The translations under genes and the position numbers were made by a program. A stretch of 60,525 nt of DNA, filler included, from Sphacelaria rigidula (lineage: Eukaryota): assembly GCA_964200075.2 (NCBI GenBank). It is 6 parts of 6 records of this genome, joined end to end, with 100 filler letters (N's around TTAATTAATTAA, not from the genome) between each part and the next. Parts side by side here need not be neighbours in the genome. Positions count along the whole stretch, not along the records: positions 1 to 10,005 come from CAXNAA020007331.1; positions 10,106 to 20,110 come from CAXNAA020007332.1; 4 more parts are not named here. The stretch is one strand, 5' to 3'. The notes under the pieces are model-generated. The model was given only the letters and a program-made list of their open reading frames with translations. It was not told where the DNA came from and made no database searches. This document shows positions 1-13,500 of this stretch, in pieces. Numbering within the stretch: position 1 is the first letter of the stretch; each line of letters opens with the position of its first letter.

Positions 1-153
1 TGTTGTTTTCCTAACTTTGGTAATTGTCAAAAGCCAAAGGCAAACAAAAAATGGGGCCGCCCCCCCCCCCCCCCCCCTTCCTCCCGCGCAGAGCTGGTAA
101 AAAATCACGCCAGGACCCTCCACGTGAGCGGCTAATGGACTGGTAGAACTGGA

Positions 154-299
154 GAGTGGTTCTACGGTAGGGGGATACAATTTTCCCCCGAGGCTCTGCA
201 CTTCAGGAGCCTCTCGATTACGAACATCTAGGCCTTGGTGTGCAGCCTCAGAAAACTTCTGGACTAACAACAAAAGTACACCTCTTCGTGAAATCACTC
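154..299. mobile_element. Sola-like MITE (GAG...CTC termini, 4-bp TSD TGGA)
   Basis: Starts GAGTGGTTCTACGGTAGGGGG and ends ...CGTGAAATCACTC. TGGA lies on both sides (150-153, 300-303). The terminus matches other copies in the window. Confidence 0.7.
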
Positions 300-3200
300 T
301 GGAGTCGGCGGGGTCAACGGTACGAAATCGATTGGCCGCGAGCAAGAGTATCATGACACGATTCTACCAAGCGACAGTACTTCGCTTGCGGCGGCTGCCG
401 CCACCCTAGCAGCAGAAGTAGTGCTAAAATGCTGGCGTCACGAACAGGCTTACAAATGAATGGCCTCACAAGCAGGCTCGAAGCGAAACGATTGGGGGGC
501 ACACGGTGTGCACGCACGCGTGTACCGTGTTACGATAAAATCAACCTCAAAGCGCAGCCGGTTTTCGCACCACCCGGGCGACGCTCAGGCGTCAGCTGCT
601 GACGATCCGGCGAAGATTAGCGTGAGTCTACCGCTTGCGATTGTACCGCGGGTGGTTTCAGCCTTGAGAAACGTGGCTTACCAGGAACAAGAACGTTTGC
701 TTGAGGGGGGTCGTCAGCGAGTAATGGCCAATCAACTGACACAACAGGGATTGTCAGCCTCACGAAACACGATCCGAAAAAAAAAGCGGTGCTTTCTGCG
801 TTGTACCCCGAATACAGTATCCGCCCATCAGCTTCTATGACATACCATGATCTCTCGCTTTTTGAGCGTTTCGTCGAGTTCACCCGATTCATTATCATTC
901 GTGAGCCCTCTCATCCCTTCAACCGTTCGAGGGGCGACGCGCGGCTCAGTCCTGCGCGATGCACAAGCAAGCATGAGCATGCACTCTTTGTCATCACATA
1001 AATAACCCGAACTAGCCATTATCAGCAGAAGTGCATCATTACACCTTTTTCCCCTTGAAGCCCGCGATCGTCCCGCTGTTGGCCCCGACCTCCCATGTCT
1101 CAAGCCCCATGGCCTCGGCGTGGTCAAGCGGAGACAATTCCAGCGCTTCCTCCAGCTTCGAGAATGCCGACGAAAACGCATTCTCCACTGCTTCAAGCAG
1201 TACGGTAGGTATTGAATCGCAGTTGAGGTACGGAACAGCACATCGGACGGAATGGACTCACCGGTCAGGCTTTCTGTGCAGACGGTTTCATTGATAACGC
1301 AGACAGTATACCGGTGCATCAGGACACCGGTGCAGCGGCCTTCAATAGTCGGAGACTGCCGAAACGCGCTGCGGTAACGGGCGACGGGCACGTTAACTGA
1401 ACGAGGGTAGTTGGTTGTTCCTTTTGATGAGCTTGTTGACCCTTTTGGTACCGGCAATGGAAAAGTGCTCTCTTCGAGGTGTTGGTTTTCGAACAACATA
1501 TGGTTGATTGTTTGCAGCTTCCACGCAGCACTATGTTGCCCAAGGCGTGTTTTCCAGACCCGTTCCAACTGGCGGTGAATCGCGTAAATATCACACCTTA
1601 ATCCTTCCACGTGTGATGAAGGGATTTCTGTGTGCTCGGCCATACTAATTTGTTTCCGTGACGTGGCTTAGCACGTTGGCCAAATGTTGGGCGGGTACGA
1701 CCTCCAGACTCAACAAGACTCCGGTGCGGTGCGTCACCGTTACAAAAGAGTGCCCCAGTGCCACAAGGGACTGCATATATAGAAGATATACAGGTGGTGT
1801 TGTTTTTTATTATATGAAACTCAGAGGCCGTGGTGCTGACTTTTGCTGTGTGCACAGAGTTGAACACATTTGACCCGTTGCGTCCCGTCACTGGATAAAG
1901 CTTATCCAACCGCACCCGGACGATATGTTTGGTGCGAGCATGATCTATGTCGGATGCTTCTGTGGCCTTCCGCCGAAAAAATGGTTGTTGTCGGTATTTT
2001 CGTTTCCCATATTTTTTCTTTGTCAGCGCTTGAAATAATGAGGCGTTTGGACCGGGGACGGGAGGGGAGGGTTCCCACAGGTTTAATGATTGGAAACCGC
2101 CGAAACGTGTTGTGGCATACCGTAACGGGCCACGGGCACGTTATCGTTCCTCTTGACAGCTTGTTGACGTGCACATGACTGCTGCTCTATCGCACAAGCG
2201 TCGCAGACACCCATTAAAATTACGTGGGTATTACGCATCTCACGTGAGAGCATAGGGAATGAATAGGAAAACACGCTGGTTCCACTGCTGTCGTGGGAAA
2301 ATGAAGCATCAGACACCGCACTGGCCGTGACGCTGTGGCATCAACATGAACCAGCTATGATATTTACAGGCGCTGACGGTGTACTACTGTCTGTACATGC
2401 AGCAGAGACAGTGCAACAATACAGTACTTGTTTCTCACCTACATAATCTATCGCTCTACTAGGAGGATTCATGTATCACGGCACAGAGCTCGCAGCAGCT
2501 TTTAGGGAGCCGCCATTACTGCTACAGCAGCAGTGTGATGCATGCCTACTACTTGTACAGTCTGTACAACGTATACATGACATCACGATGTATAACACCC
2601 GTCATGTGATAATGATATCACCGTACCTTTGCCGACACTACACCAGCCACATCATTGACATAACTACCATTTAGTAATGCTTTATTACACATTTTAAACA
2701 GTGAACGTTCGCGAGGAAAGCCTTTTTCGTCGAGAAAATTCAAATCGAAAAGTTCTCAAGGAGGGTGCTATCTACCGTCACCCACGGTTTCTTATACGTC
2801 ACTTACCACTCATGCACATGATCCTAGATCGTGCACGCGCGGCCGCAGCGGGCGCACCAATACGAGCTGGACCAGCAATGAAACTTTCCCCCCTGTGAGA
2901 CATGAATCCAATCATCACGGCCACCGTAAATCCACAAGAAACCTTCATGTTGCCCTATATCGTGAGCGTTTGACTTTTCATGCATTCTGTGCAGCGAGAG
3001 ATGACACTTCACTATCCGATATCTTAAGAGACGAGAAGGCATTTTCTGAAACGGCTGGATAAAGACGAATCCTCTCCGACATTTGAGATTTTTCGAAAAT
3101 CGGCACATCTGATTGACTGATTGAAGTCACGAAGCGGCGACACACCCGAATACTGAATATCCGCCAACCACGCACACCGACGCTCAAGACAGTGCAGTGC

Positions 3201-3556
3201 CTGGCCTTGGGAACACACCATTAACCACAGTACAACATATCCTAGAGTACGATCAGACGCTGACTCTCACTACGAGTGCAGCTCATTGACCGGCAGTCCT
3301 TGGACGTTACAGTCACGGTGTTGAACACTTGACCGATCACGACAACTCTCACGCTCGAGCCCATACGCGCATCGGGGAATAGAAAACAGTACTCGTAGCC
3401 ACAGAGCCGGCCTACGGGTTTAAGCACTGGCAAGGATCGACATTAAGATAGTTCTCAAACACATCCTGTCTTGCGGGTTTCCCCAACCAATCTACAGCTA
3501 CAGCGCGGTGTCAACGAGGGAGGTGGGGGTCAACGACAATCAGAGAACGAAAAAAC

Positions 3557-4161
3557 ATGTCGGGCAGTAGAATCCATACCATGCCCCAGTACGACGAACA
3601 AGAACAAACATCTCCACCGCTTTCGGAGAGAGGAGGAGGACCCGTATACGCTTGGAGCGCGGCAACAACCGACTCAAACAGTACTGACTCTCAGCCTCAA
3701 CTCGATCAGTCTCGGCCGCAACAGGTTACTCCATCCACGACACAGATCGTTGGCTTGGGTGGAAACGACGACGACGATGATCCTCACGTAGTCGTCTGGT
3801 TGAACTCGCCCGGGATCCACGCCCCCTCTCCAGGACTTCCCGAGTCCTGCGACAGCTGCGCGGTGCTCAATATGGGCGGGCTAGGTACCGTGGGATTGCA
3901 GAGGTGCGACTCATGTAATCGACTGGCTGAGGTTCATGGTGAAAGAGGTGGACGGGGTGGGGGTGATACCGCGGCAGGAATGTCGAAGGCGAGGGGGGGA
4001 GGCGGTCGCGGGAATGGGGGTGGCGTGAAGGCCAAGGAGGTTGCCGTGACGTCGGCTCGCAGGATCGCGCTTGATGGCTCACATCTTCGAGTTTTGGGGC
4101 ACACGGGTCGTGTGATGCTTGGAGCGGCTATGCTGCTACTTGTTCTGCTTTTGATCGCGTG
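3557..4161 (+). CDS. Putative exon 1 of a spliced membrane-protein gene
   Basis: ATG-initiated ORF with a low-complexity N-terminus, ending in hydrophobic VMLGAAMLLLVLLLIAW. A consensus donor TG|GTAAGT at 4161/4162 lies just before the apparent stop (phase 2). Confidence 0.5.
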
Positions 4162-4492
4162 GTAAGTGTCCGTGAACATACAAACATGGTGATAGATGAG
4201 CAAATAAGGTCTGAAGTTACGACAGCGGTTCGATTATGTTGTCTGTAACAAGCGTTGTTAAATAATGCTCAAGCTTCATATCGTAGTCAGGAAGGGAGGA
4301 ACAACATACAGCCTGTACGTTGTAGCACGAATTGGACGATCAAAGTGTGAGAGCCAAGCTGAGGACTGCAGCCTGAATCAAATACTGAATATTAGTGTTG
4401 CGAATACTCTGAAAATTTCACGACTAGCGCAGGTTATTTTCCTGGCTGCTAGGTTTACACGGTGTCCTTTCTTTCCAGGGTTTCTGCTGTAG

Positions 4493-4624
4493 GTTGTGCG
4501 CAGTGCTGTGTATCTGCAACGCCGCCTGCGCAATTCCAAAACTTGCTTCGCTGGCGATTTGGCCTTTTCATGTCCTTGGACCGTACTGTGCGGCACTGCG
4601 TTCACTGTATACAGCTAAAAATAG
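4493..4624 (+). CDS. Putative exon 2 (LCAVLCICNAACAIPKLASLAIWPFHVLGPYCAALRSLYTAKN)
   Basis: Acceptor TTTCTGCTGTAG| and donor AG|GTGTTG. It is 132 nt, open in phase 2 and continues the hydrophobic segment. Confidence 0.4.
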
Positions 4625-4748
4625 GTGTTGGGACGCCATGCTTTCGTCTTGATGTGACAGGAGATATCACCCCTGTCGACAGTTGGTCGACCGGTGTGTG
4701 ATCATCTCCTGGGTCCTTCCAGCCACCTACGGTTTGCTGCAGCTACAG

Positions 4749-4820
4749 GCTGACAATTGTGTTGGCTTCTCTGTGCTGTATGGTGCCTTTGCTGTCGCTC
4801 CCAAAGTGGTGTAGAGAGGG
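4749..4820 (+). CDS. Putative exon 3 (LTIVLASLCCMVPLLSLPKWCRE); 3' boundary uncertain
   Basis: Acceptor CTGCAGCTACAG|, phase-compatible with exon 2, hydrophobic. A possible last exon follows the acceptor at 4967. Confidence 0.3.
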
Positions 4821-5334
4821 GTACAATGACAAAAAAATTTAACGCCCAACGCATTTCAACGTCAAGTATACTCGTTTTCAGTATTGATTCAATTGATCGA
4901 AGGACTTTAACACATTCACCGGTCTACTTTGAATCAAGCCCCGGTCTCTAGCTAAAGATACTAACAGGTGGACAAGGGGAGGAAGGTACTCGCCGTGAGC
5001 AAATTCGAGTGGTGGGAAGACAAGAGAGGTACACTCCAGAGCACTGAGCATCAGCAGGCATGAGCCGGCGGCATCGCTTGCGCGTAGGCATGATAGCGTA
5101 TCTATGATATATGACATCCACACATTCCCCAATTTCTTTCATTTCCTTTCTCTGCTTGATTTTGTCCTTTGATTTTCAGTTTACTCTGTTTGTGTGTTGT
5201 ATCGTTTTTTTTTGGCACGAGTGGAATTCTTCCACGAGTTTGTTTGCTTTGGAGGGAGGTACTTCTATCTCGTGACTACGGCTGGGTCCCTCGGGGATAC
5301 ATTAATGTAGGACAATCGATAGATCGATCAATAA

Positions 5335-5440
5335 ATCAACCAACCAACCAACCAACCAACCAACCAACCAACCAACCAACCGACCAATCAATCAATATCC
5401 AACCAATCAACTAGTCAATCTATCCATCCATCCATCAATC
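5335..5440. repeat. (AACC)n/(AATC)n/(ATCC)n compound microsatellite
   Basis: Directly visible tetranucleotide runs. Confidence 0.9.
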
Positions 5441-7900
5441 AAAACAAAACTACAGTACTGGGTGCCTGGACTAAACGTTTTGTAATTTATTCGTAATTGG
5501 CGACCTTCTTAGGCTCTTTGCTATCGCTCATTACATTGGGGATCTGAAGATACTTGTATTCGCTCCACATCCTAAGAAAAATAAAAATGGCGATCTCCAC
5601 ACCAAATATTGAGTGACTTACTGGCTGACCGGTCATCGGCGGTCCCGACACGTTTCAGCCCAGATTTTGACTCTTAGTTTTTTTGGTCGATCAAGCCTGC
5701 CCCGATCGTATTTGTGAAGAAATGTACAGGTCTGCTTCTTTGAAATTCTACTTACTAAATGCACTAGAGCCGAAAAATTGTGTTTCGCGGTCAATAACAC
5801 CCTCCTGATACACGGGGTATCTACTCGTATCGCCCAATAAAACCAACTAACACTAACTTGGACACTGGGGGGAATAAAATTTGTATTTTACCACAATCTA
5901 ACGACGCTAGCACTTTCGACGTCTATCAAACGGTGGTCACGAGGAGAAAAACCCTTCTGAATAAAAAATAGTTCAGGCGCCCAGTACTATACACCGAAAT
6001 ATAATTCACGCCTGGCTCTTGCAGTATTGCAAGTTAGCCTCCGAGCATCATTCCATCGACCATATATCACATTTCGACCGTGTGCCGGAAACATATTTAT
6101 TTCTGACAGCAGCTTGTAGTGGGAAGTTTTCGCGTACATTGGTACTCCTTCTCTTACCTCCCGTTTCAATATTGGGTTTGTGTAATGGTGCGGTCTATTC
6201 AATATCCACAATACGTTAAAACCTTATACAGCAAGCGTCTGTTTGAAACAGTTTCACAGGTTGACAGTCCAGGGACACCCGGGGGTTTCTAGGGGGCGGA
6301 GGGGTGGGTTTTGACGGGGGGTAGGGACCTGTGCGCAGTAATAGCCGAAAAGCTCATCACGTCAACCATGAGTGTTTGAAAGTTTCCCACGGAAAACGAT
6401 GAGCAAGGAACGAGGTCCGAAACAAGCGTAGTGACCATTCTGACCAATAACGGCTATCTCAATGCTCATTTTGTGTCCCTGCAGGTGAACTAGAGGTGGA
6501 GTATTTCGCTGTCTAGCCGTATTTCTCATTTTGGCCATGAAAATACAAAAACACAAAAACACATGAGTACAATCGAAGCGCTGCTTGCTCTGCTCGTGGC
6601 TTTTCCCGCCTGCCTGATTCCTCTTGTGTTGCCAGCATAGCTTCACACTGCCTGTAGTGTTGTTGTGGAACACGGATCGGAGACATCAGCAGCATGCAGT
6701 AGTGGACTGTTCAGTGGGGAGCGAAGGCACGCTGATTGTTTCTTGCTGCTGTACCCAGCACACAGCACACCTGCTGACTCTGCACGCAATAAACTCAAGG
6801 ATCAAAATCGATCAGGAGTTCTCCCGGACCATTTTCTATACTGATGCCCAACATCCACATGTTCATGGACAAATGCGTTTTTGTAGCGATAAAATAGCTG
6901 TTTTGAACCCCAAATGTGTCATATTCCATCTCAGTCCACCTGCGGGGGGGTTGCTGTCTCGCGCTTAAGGGCGCCAATTCTACGTAGCCGCCCTGCCACC
7001 ATTGGCTGCATTATCTCGCTGTTGTCCACACAGCATCGTCAAACTACACTATGCACAGTCACCGGAGTCCATACAGTGAAGTAAAGATATAAGAATAGCC
7101 TATCTGTACCCTGTGAGCGCAGGCAGATGAACACCTGAGCCACGTTTTTTTCCTGAATACGATGGCGAGCCAAGAGATGAATGCACCTGAGGGATCAACA
7201 AGTCGAGTTCATGTCTGGTAGTACTTAGGGCGTGGGGTGCTGTTTCCAGCAATTTTTGTGCGTTCTGCAAGTGCATGGGGTTATTCTGTCGCGTGACGTG
7301 GCAAAAAAAAAGCGGAAAACAAGCCTCATTCCCTTCCATTCCCTCCACCCCCCAACCCGAATCTCCACAAAGCTTATCGACGTAGAGACACCCTAGCCCG
7401 CCAGGTCTCTGTACCACCGTGAAATACCGGGCACTGTTTCACTACCGCTGTCCTGGTTCGGGGGCCAACTAGAGGGCAATATTCCTGGGTGTGCCAATGA
7501 AATATTGAAGACGGTAGGAAATCCATAAAAACAATACTACACTGCAAACTTTCAACGGCTGGTTTGTGCAGTATTGCAAGCGTACCTATCTATAACAAGG
7601 AAACGAAAAAAATACTATCCGGTTACCGTCTGAGATAACAAAAAGCAGAACTGCCGGGTAAACTGAAAGTAATGCCGACTCCCGTTTTACTCAGAATTTT
7701 TACTCGCCATAATAAGTATACATTATCTCACCCATTTGTTTCCTCAGAGAGTGGGTGGCTTGAAAGAAAAACACAGAATATCAAGCGAGGGGAGCGAGGG
7801 CCGCGCTCGGGGAGGATTATCGGCTTCCAGCTGGAGATGGGATCCACACTGAACAGAAAGCCCGTGACGATCGTGATAACATTTTTTCAGGTCGAGGATC

Positions 7901-8120
7901 GAGTGGTGCTGCGATAACCCCCGCCTAAACCAGCCCGAAACTGTCATGAAGAAGATGGTCATACAGCGCGTGATAGCTGGTTTCAGGCTGCATGCTCAAG
8001 TACCTCACACCGGCGACGTTGGCATAAACGATTCCAAGCGTGGGAGTTCCCAGTTACTCGATGTGCTCGGCTTTTTTGTCAATTTGATTTACATGATTTA
8101 TATGTGGATTTCGCCTTCTC
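7901..8120. mobile_element. Sola-like MITE, degenerate right end
   Basis: Starts GAGTGGTGCTGCGATAACCCCC and ends CTC, with GATC on both sides. The body is homologous to 38939-39140, to 51535-51781 (reverse) and partly to 42290-42350 (reverse). Confidence 0.55.
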
Positions 8121-8495
8121 GATCATTTCTCTTTTTTTCTTTTGCAATATCGACTTGACGTAATATCCAGCGAATGCAACCCGAACATATGCTAAAGCCG
8201 GTAGCCGAACTAGCATTATGCCTTGTCTAATTTATCAACCTGGCAACATCCGACAAGGTTATATACAAGTGTTATATAGACAGCTGAATATTAAATTTCA
8301 GAGTTGATAGTTCCAGCGGACGTTAAATACAGAAACTCTACACCGAGAAACATGCCTTTCAACTCCGACCTTAGGCGTTTTGCTAGGTGGATCCAAACGG
8401 CGTGTGTGGATCCAGTCACGTTCTTCACGATTCTGCTCATTTTTCCTCCAACCCATGTTACTTCTTGGTCCAGATGTGTTGTGTAGAAAAAAATA

Positions 8496-8785
8496 TTTTC
8501 GTGAGGTTGAGAGCAGAGGATACGATTGAAAGTGGAAGGCGGTCAATCAGTGAATGAATCGTTTCAGTTCCGAAATGCCTCTCCACGAGGCCCAATATGC
8601 TTTCTGTAGTTGCTTGCCACGGAGGCCGTTGATATCCCTGAGTAGGATAGCGACGTGTAGCTGTAAGCACATGCCGGTGATAGAGGCGAAGAAAAGCACT
8701 CACGGAATGATAAATAATTGGCTAAGTTGAAACGAATGATCGAAGCCACTCGCAATCAGCGCTCTACTCTCAATCTCACGAAAAC
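8496..8785. mobile_element. ~290-bp MITE with ~45-bp imperfect TIRs, copy 1
   Basis: TTTTCGTGAGGTTGAGAGCAGAG ... CTCTACTCTCAATCTCACGAAAA. A direct copy lies at 9233-9525. Confidence 0.75.
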
Positions 8786-9232
8786 GCTGTTCGAAGTGGA
8801 ATCGGGAGGGTGCAGCTGGCGAGTGATCGAGGAACATTGGCTTTCTAGATACAAGTATTTATCCATCTGTTTCGAGGGTTATCCTCAGTCTTCCTGCATT
8901 GTACATAATAGCGATTTATTAGTAGATCCAAGGGCTTTCAATTTCCTAGCAAAATCTTGGGACGGGGAAGACCTCCAGCGTTTACTTTTCTGTTGTTAAA
9001 ACGTGTTCGTGAAGCCCTGGTCAGTAGACTGTCAGCCAACAGATCAGAATCTTCACCGTGCCGCCCAGTAAAATGCTCTAGAGATCCCTGACATGCATTT
9101 TTGGTAGCCATGAGTTCAACGCACGGATATTGATCAGTTGGTTGTAAGTGATACTGAGATAAAATAACATGGGGCTGGAATGACACCCACCTCTGTCTTC
9201 TGTCGCGAATCAGCGTGTATACAGGCAAAGGT

Positions 9233-9525
9233 GTTTTGGTGAGATTGAGAGAGGAGAGGATACGATTGAGAGTGAAAAGCGATCAATCAGTGAATGAATC
9301 GTTTCAGTTCCAAAGTGCCCCTTCACGAAGCCCGATATATGTGCTTTCTGCCGTAGCTTGCTACCGAGGCCCTTGATATCCCTGAGTGGGATCTCGACGT
9401 GTAGCTGTAAGCACGCGGCAGTGATAGAGGCAAAGAAAAGACACGCGGAATGAAAAACTGGCTGTGTTACAGCGAATGATCAAAGCCACTCTCAATCAGC
9501 GCTCTACTCTCAATCTCACGAAAAC
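9233..9525. mobile_element. ~290-bp MITE, copy 2
   Basis: Colinear with 8496-8785 and has the same TIRs. Confidence 0.75.
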
Positions 9526-10005
9526 GTTGTTAGGCGCGTTTTTTTATTTGTACGTGTTGATTCCTATACACAGGATTATGTGTGTATTGATTATCGATTG
9601 AGATAAAACGAAGGCAGATATACTAGAAGCAATGGGAAGGTAGACTAAATGAATGTGAATTGGCGAAATAGGTTATATGATGCTGCTTTGCAGGAAATAT
9701 CTGTTTGCTATCGTATGCGATTCAAGGGGGGATGTTGCAACACTTGAATTGCATACGATAACAAATGACGGTACAACTTGTGACGGTTCGATTAACTTGT
9801 TTCAATCTACCGTTTAGTTTAAGGCAAAACAGAAATGCAGAACAACAGTAAGTTCGGATACAATTTGGTCGGGCGTACAGGTCTCTATGTGATTAGGTGA
9901 TCCCTCCAAGTACATTTGCGGGAATTTTATCGTTTTATATGGTGGTTCCCACATGCCCCCCCCCCCCCCCCCCCCCCCCCCCTCGGGCCTGCCTGCCCTA
10001 TGCTG

Positions 10006-10105
10006 NNNNNNNNNNNNNNNNNNNNNNNNNNNNNNNNNNNNNNNNNNNNTTAATTAATTAANNNNNNNNNNNNNNNNNNNNNNNNNNNNNNNNNNNNNNN
10101 NNNNN
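10006..10105. other. Artificial contig linker
   Basis: 44 N + TTAATTAATTAA (stops in all six frames) + 44 N. Confidence 0.97.
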
Positions 10106-12006
10106 TATTCTGGCTCCGGGGCTGTGTGGTTTTCCCCTTTGACAGCTGGGCTATTGTGTTGAGAAATTGAAACGGCAGTTTGAGTTGAGCAAGTTGAACC
10201 AGGATCGCTTGTCGACACCTCACAAGGGTGTGGCTTGCTTGCGTTCGGCGTATACGGTTTTATTGCTTGCGCTATTTGCCTATACCGCCACATTGTGGGG
10301 CTTCAGAGGTAGCTTGTTTCATTCAAGCTGTACGGTTTTTCTTTCGCGGTCGGCCACTGGTCACACACAGCCAAACACCAGCTCATGATTTTCTCTCCAA
10401 AACCTTGTATTTTCGGCCCTATGTTCACTTGATATCTGTGTACACGATTCAGCGGTGTAGTACACCAAGGTAATAAGACAGCTTCTTGGACAGCGGTTGT
10501 CTCTTTTACTCGAAATTGGGCATACATTCCGACACGAGCTCGCTGCAGGTCTTCGATGTGGCACACAGTACCCACGTTGGTTTCAGGCAATGGCGACCGA
10601 ACCACAAGGCGCTCCAGGTACGAGCGCACACGCAAGCCCTCTTTTACTACACAACCAACCACCCCCCAAACACCCCGCGACCGCCCCTGCTCACAGTCTA
10701 TCGATCCGGTATCAACCGAATCGACCGACCTGTGTCCCAACACATGCCGATTCATGCTTGCAGGTAAGGAGTGCGCGGGCTATTTCAATCGCCGCCCGCT
10801 GCGCAGACGGTTTTTGTTTCAAACACGGAACGTTGAGCCACCACGCGCACCGAACTAAATCGATGCGACATGATGGACCAGGATTGAGAGTGTTGTTTGT
10901 ACACGAGCATGATTGAACACATCGAGGCGCGAGGCTCATGTTACTTGTACACAAGCTCTCGACTCTGTACTCTTTTTACTTTCACACGGCACCAGGGCAC
11001 ACAAAATTTTGATTGCCGCCCCACCAACAAGCACTACAGTACATACTTGATCGTCCAGAAGGCCGCGTACCTTCAGCTTTGAAATATTGTTCCGAATTGA
11101 AGTACTGACCGCAGTACAGTACCGTCTCAGTTTCAAATGATCTCGGCGGGCACTATGTTGCGGACGGTGAGGTGCCGTGCTGTAGCATACGTTGGTACTG
11201 TGCACTATCTGAACGAAGAAATCTGTATTGTTTTGTAGATATGAACACGACGCGTATATAACGTTGTGTCGGGTTTTTTCATGTGATACGAAGAAATTGA
11301 CATCGTACTGCACCGCCGACCACCCCCGCTGCTCCACGCGAAGATCATATGTACTGCACTGTGCCACACAGCATTTTGCTGTCTGGTGCTTTGTATGCTG
11401 CTGTTGTACTACACTACATATTTGTATTACGGTTGCGCTTGTACATTTATTGACTGTTTACCTGCACGATGATACGTCATCGACCCCCGACTCGGATATT
11501 ATCAGCGAACTACGCGGTACTGTAATAAGTATCGCCAGCTGCGCTGGTATTGCCTCTGGAAACACGGCATCCGGTAGGTATTTTTTTTCTCAGCCTCAAC
11601 GTGTTCTCAAAATAGAACTGAGCGGTTTGACGTTGCTGTTCGCTGCATCCCACACGTCTATTCCTTCGTGGCATGTAGGTTTGTTAATGCGCTGTTGCGC
11701 TGGTGACAGACACTGTATGTCTTCTGATTGTGACAACCTTCGTTTTCTTGTCTCTTGTTGTTACGATTTATTCCAGCACACACACGTACGGTTTGTTGTG
11801 TGCCTTCGGCATATATTTTCTCCCTTTTGTGTGCACCTGATTGTCAAGGTGGTAGACCTCATACATGTGCGGAGTGCGCGGAACTACAACATGTCGATCG
11901 ACTGTCGACAGAACCCTGACACTCTGTTGAATTTTGTTTTGTTCACCCCGCTCCAGTCCTCAACAACTATGCTGTCTCCCACGATGAAACGTGAACGTTT
12001 CAACCA

Positions 12007-13500
12007 TGTCTGATATCAACCGCCCTTCGACTTCATCGGAGCACGATGTCACGAAGGACGGTGCGCTCCCCACAGACAGTGGAAAAACAACTGTACGATC
12101 ACCCATGCGTAATGAGACGGTTGCCAACAGCAATCCGGAACGTTTCGATGTCGATGATAGTGCTCTTGCGGGGCACAGTTTCAGGAATGTGGCTGAAGAT
12201 TTCGATGAGGACCGTAGTTCTCCTCCCCATGCTCACCCCCCCTCCCTCAGTGAACATACCTCTACACCAACCAGCCACCCAAAACGCTGATGGTGTTCCC
12301 ACTTTTCATTCTCAGATGACATGCCTCCAAGTGAGCCCTGATGCTACTAAAACCTTTCCTGACGATGACCTCCGCACCCAAACCGGTGCTGAACCCTCTG
12401 ATCGCCCCACTCTGGCTTTTGATACGCCACCCAAATCGGAACAATCCCTGCCCACGCGTGACGAAACACACGACCGGCTTCGGCAAAACCGCCCTATCTT
12501 CATTCCCCCGCGCCATTGATACAATTTTTCGGTGACGGAACAAACTGAGTACCGGCACCAGCTTCGAAACAACAGTCTCGAACAAATTAACCGTGCATGG
12601 ATAGACTTGGAATTTGCTCGCCTCGAGGCGGGTCAACGTGAAAGTTGTCCAGGGGTCCAGGAGGCCGCGCAGGCCCCCCGTAATGTTGATGTCCACCCCG
12701 GGAAAAAGCCAGAACAGAGCAAACTAGAACGCGCGATACGCGCATCCACGAAGGCCCTGGAAATTTTGGAGAAAGAATATGAGCTGTTGACAAGAAGATA
12801 CTCGGAAGCTTCGCGTCAGTTTGGACTATGTCGGCAAGTCTGGCAATCACCACTGCGTTCGTACGGTCGCCTGCTCCGCCCCAGAACCGACAACTGATTC
12901 ACCGCCTGACCCACCTGACCTGGCACACTTTCACCCACATGCACCGGCCCATTCACAAAACGGTAGACGTTTGCACATGAGTGGACCTAGTGCCGCGGCT
13001 GAACCCCGCCAGGGCGGTACCCACACAGCACTGATGCTCACCTCACAACTTGACAACCTTTTGGGAACGTTCTACAAGTTGCGGAGATTCCAAATAGCAT
13101 ACAGTGGGGTAACCCAGGACCCGTTGCTTAACCCAACAGCTAAGCCCCGCCACCTGCCTATTCATTTTTCTACTTCTGTAAGTCATTTCTCATTAGTTGG
13201 TATAATACCACAATTAGAAATATACAATGAGCGGTAATACACCGCAGAAGTATCCAGCACTTTCATGTCAGCATTGTTTTTCGCTCGGCCAGGTCACAAA
13301 CATCACACACGTGAATCAACGGCGGCCACCGTGGGTTCAACCATGTGGTGTGGGTTCTCTGGATATGCTAACACTGCCTTGAAGGGTTCCAAGAGCGTCG
13401 AAGCCCGTGCACCGTTGCATGGCTATCAATTGAGCAGTGACCAAGAACTCATTTCAATAGCATCTGGAGCCGCCGACCCTTTCGTGCGCTACACGCGCCA
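12007..13500 (+). pseudogene. Gag-position coding region, frameshifted; no recognisable capsid or CCHC motif
   Basis: Overlapping plus-strand ORF pieces (11991-12290, 12046-12519, 12532-12897, 12821-13237, 13265-) lie upstream of the protease. Confidence 0.45.

Noticed and set aside
314-3240. Minus-strand spliced gene or transposase remnant
   Set aside because: There are some splice-like sites and protein-like stretches, but no phase-consistent model or recognisable motif.
10050-10061. TTAATTAATTAA palindrome as a biological site
   Set aside because: It is an assembly linker.
10106-10130. Primer-binding site (TGGCTCC...)
   Set aside because: Only a short tRNA-3'-like match, at a contig edge, with no LTR visible.
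11228-12013. 261-aa ORF upstream of gag
   Set aside because: Cys/Phe/Val-rich composition typical of a non-coding leader, with no motif.
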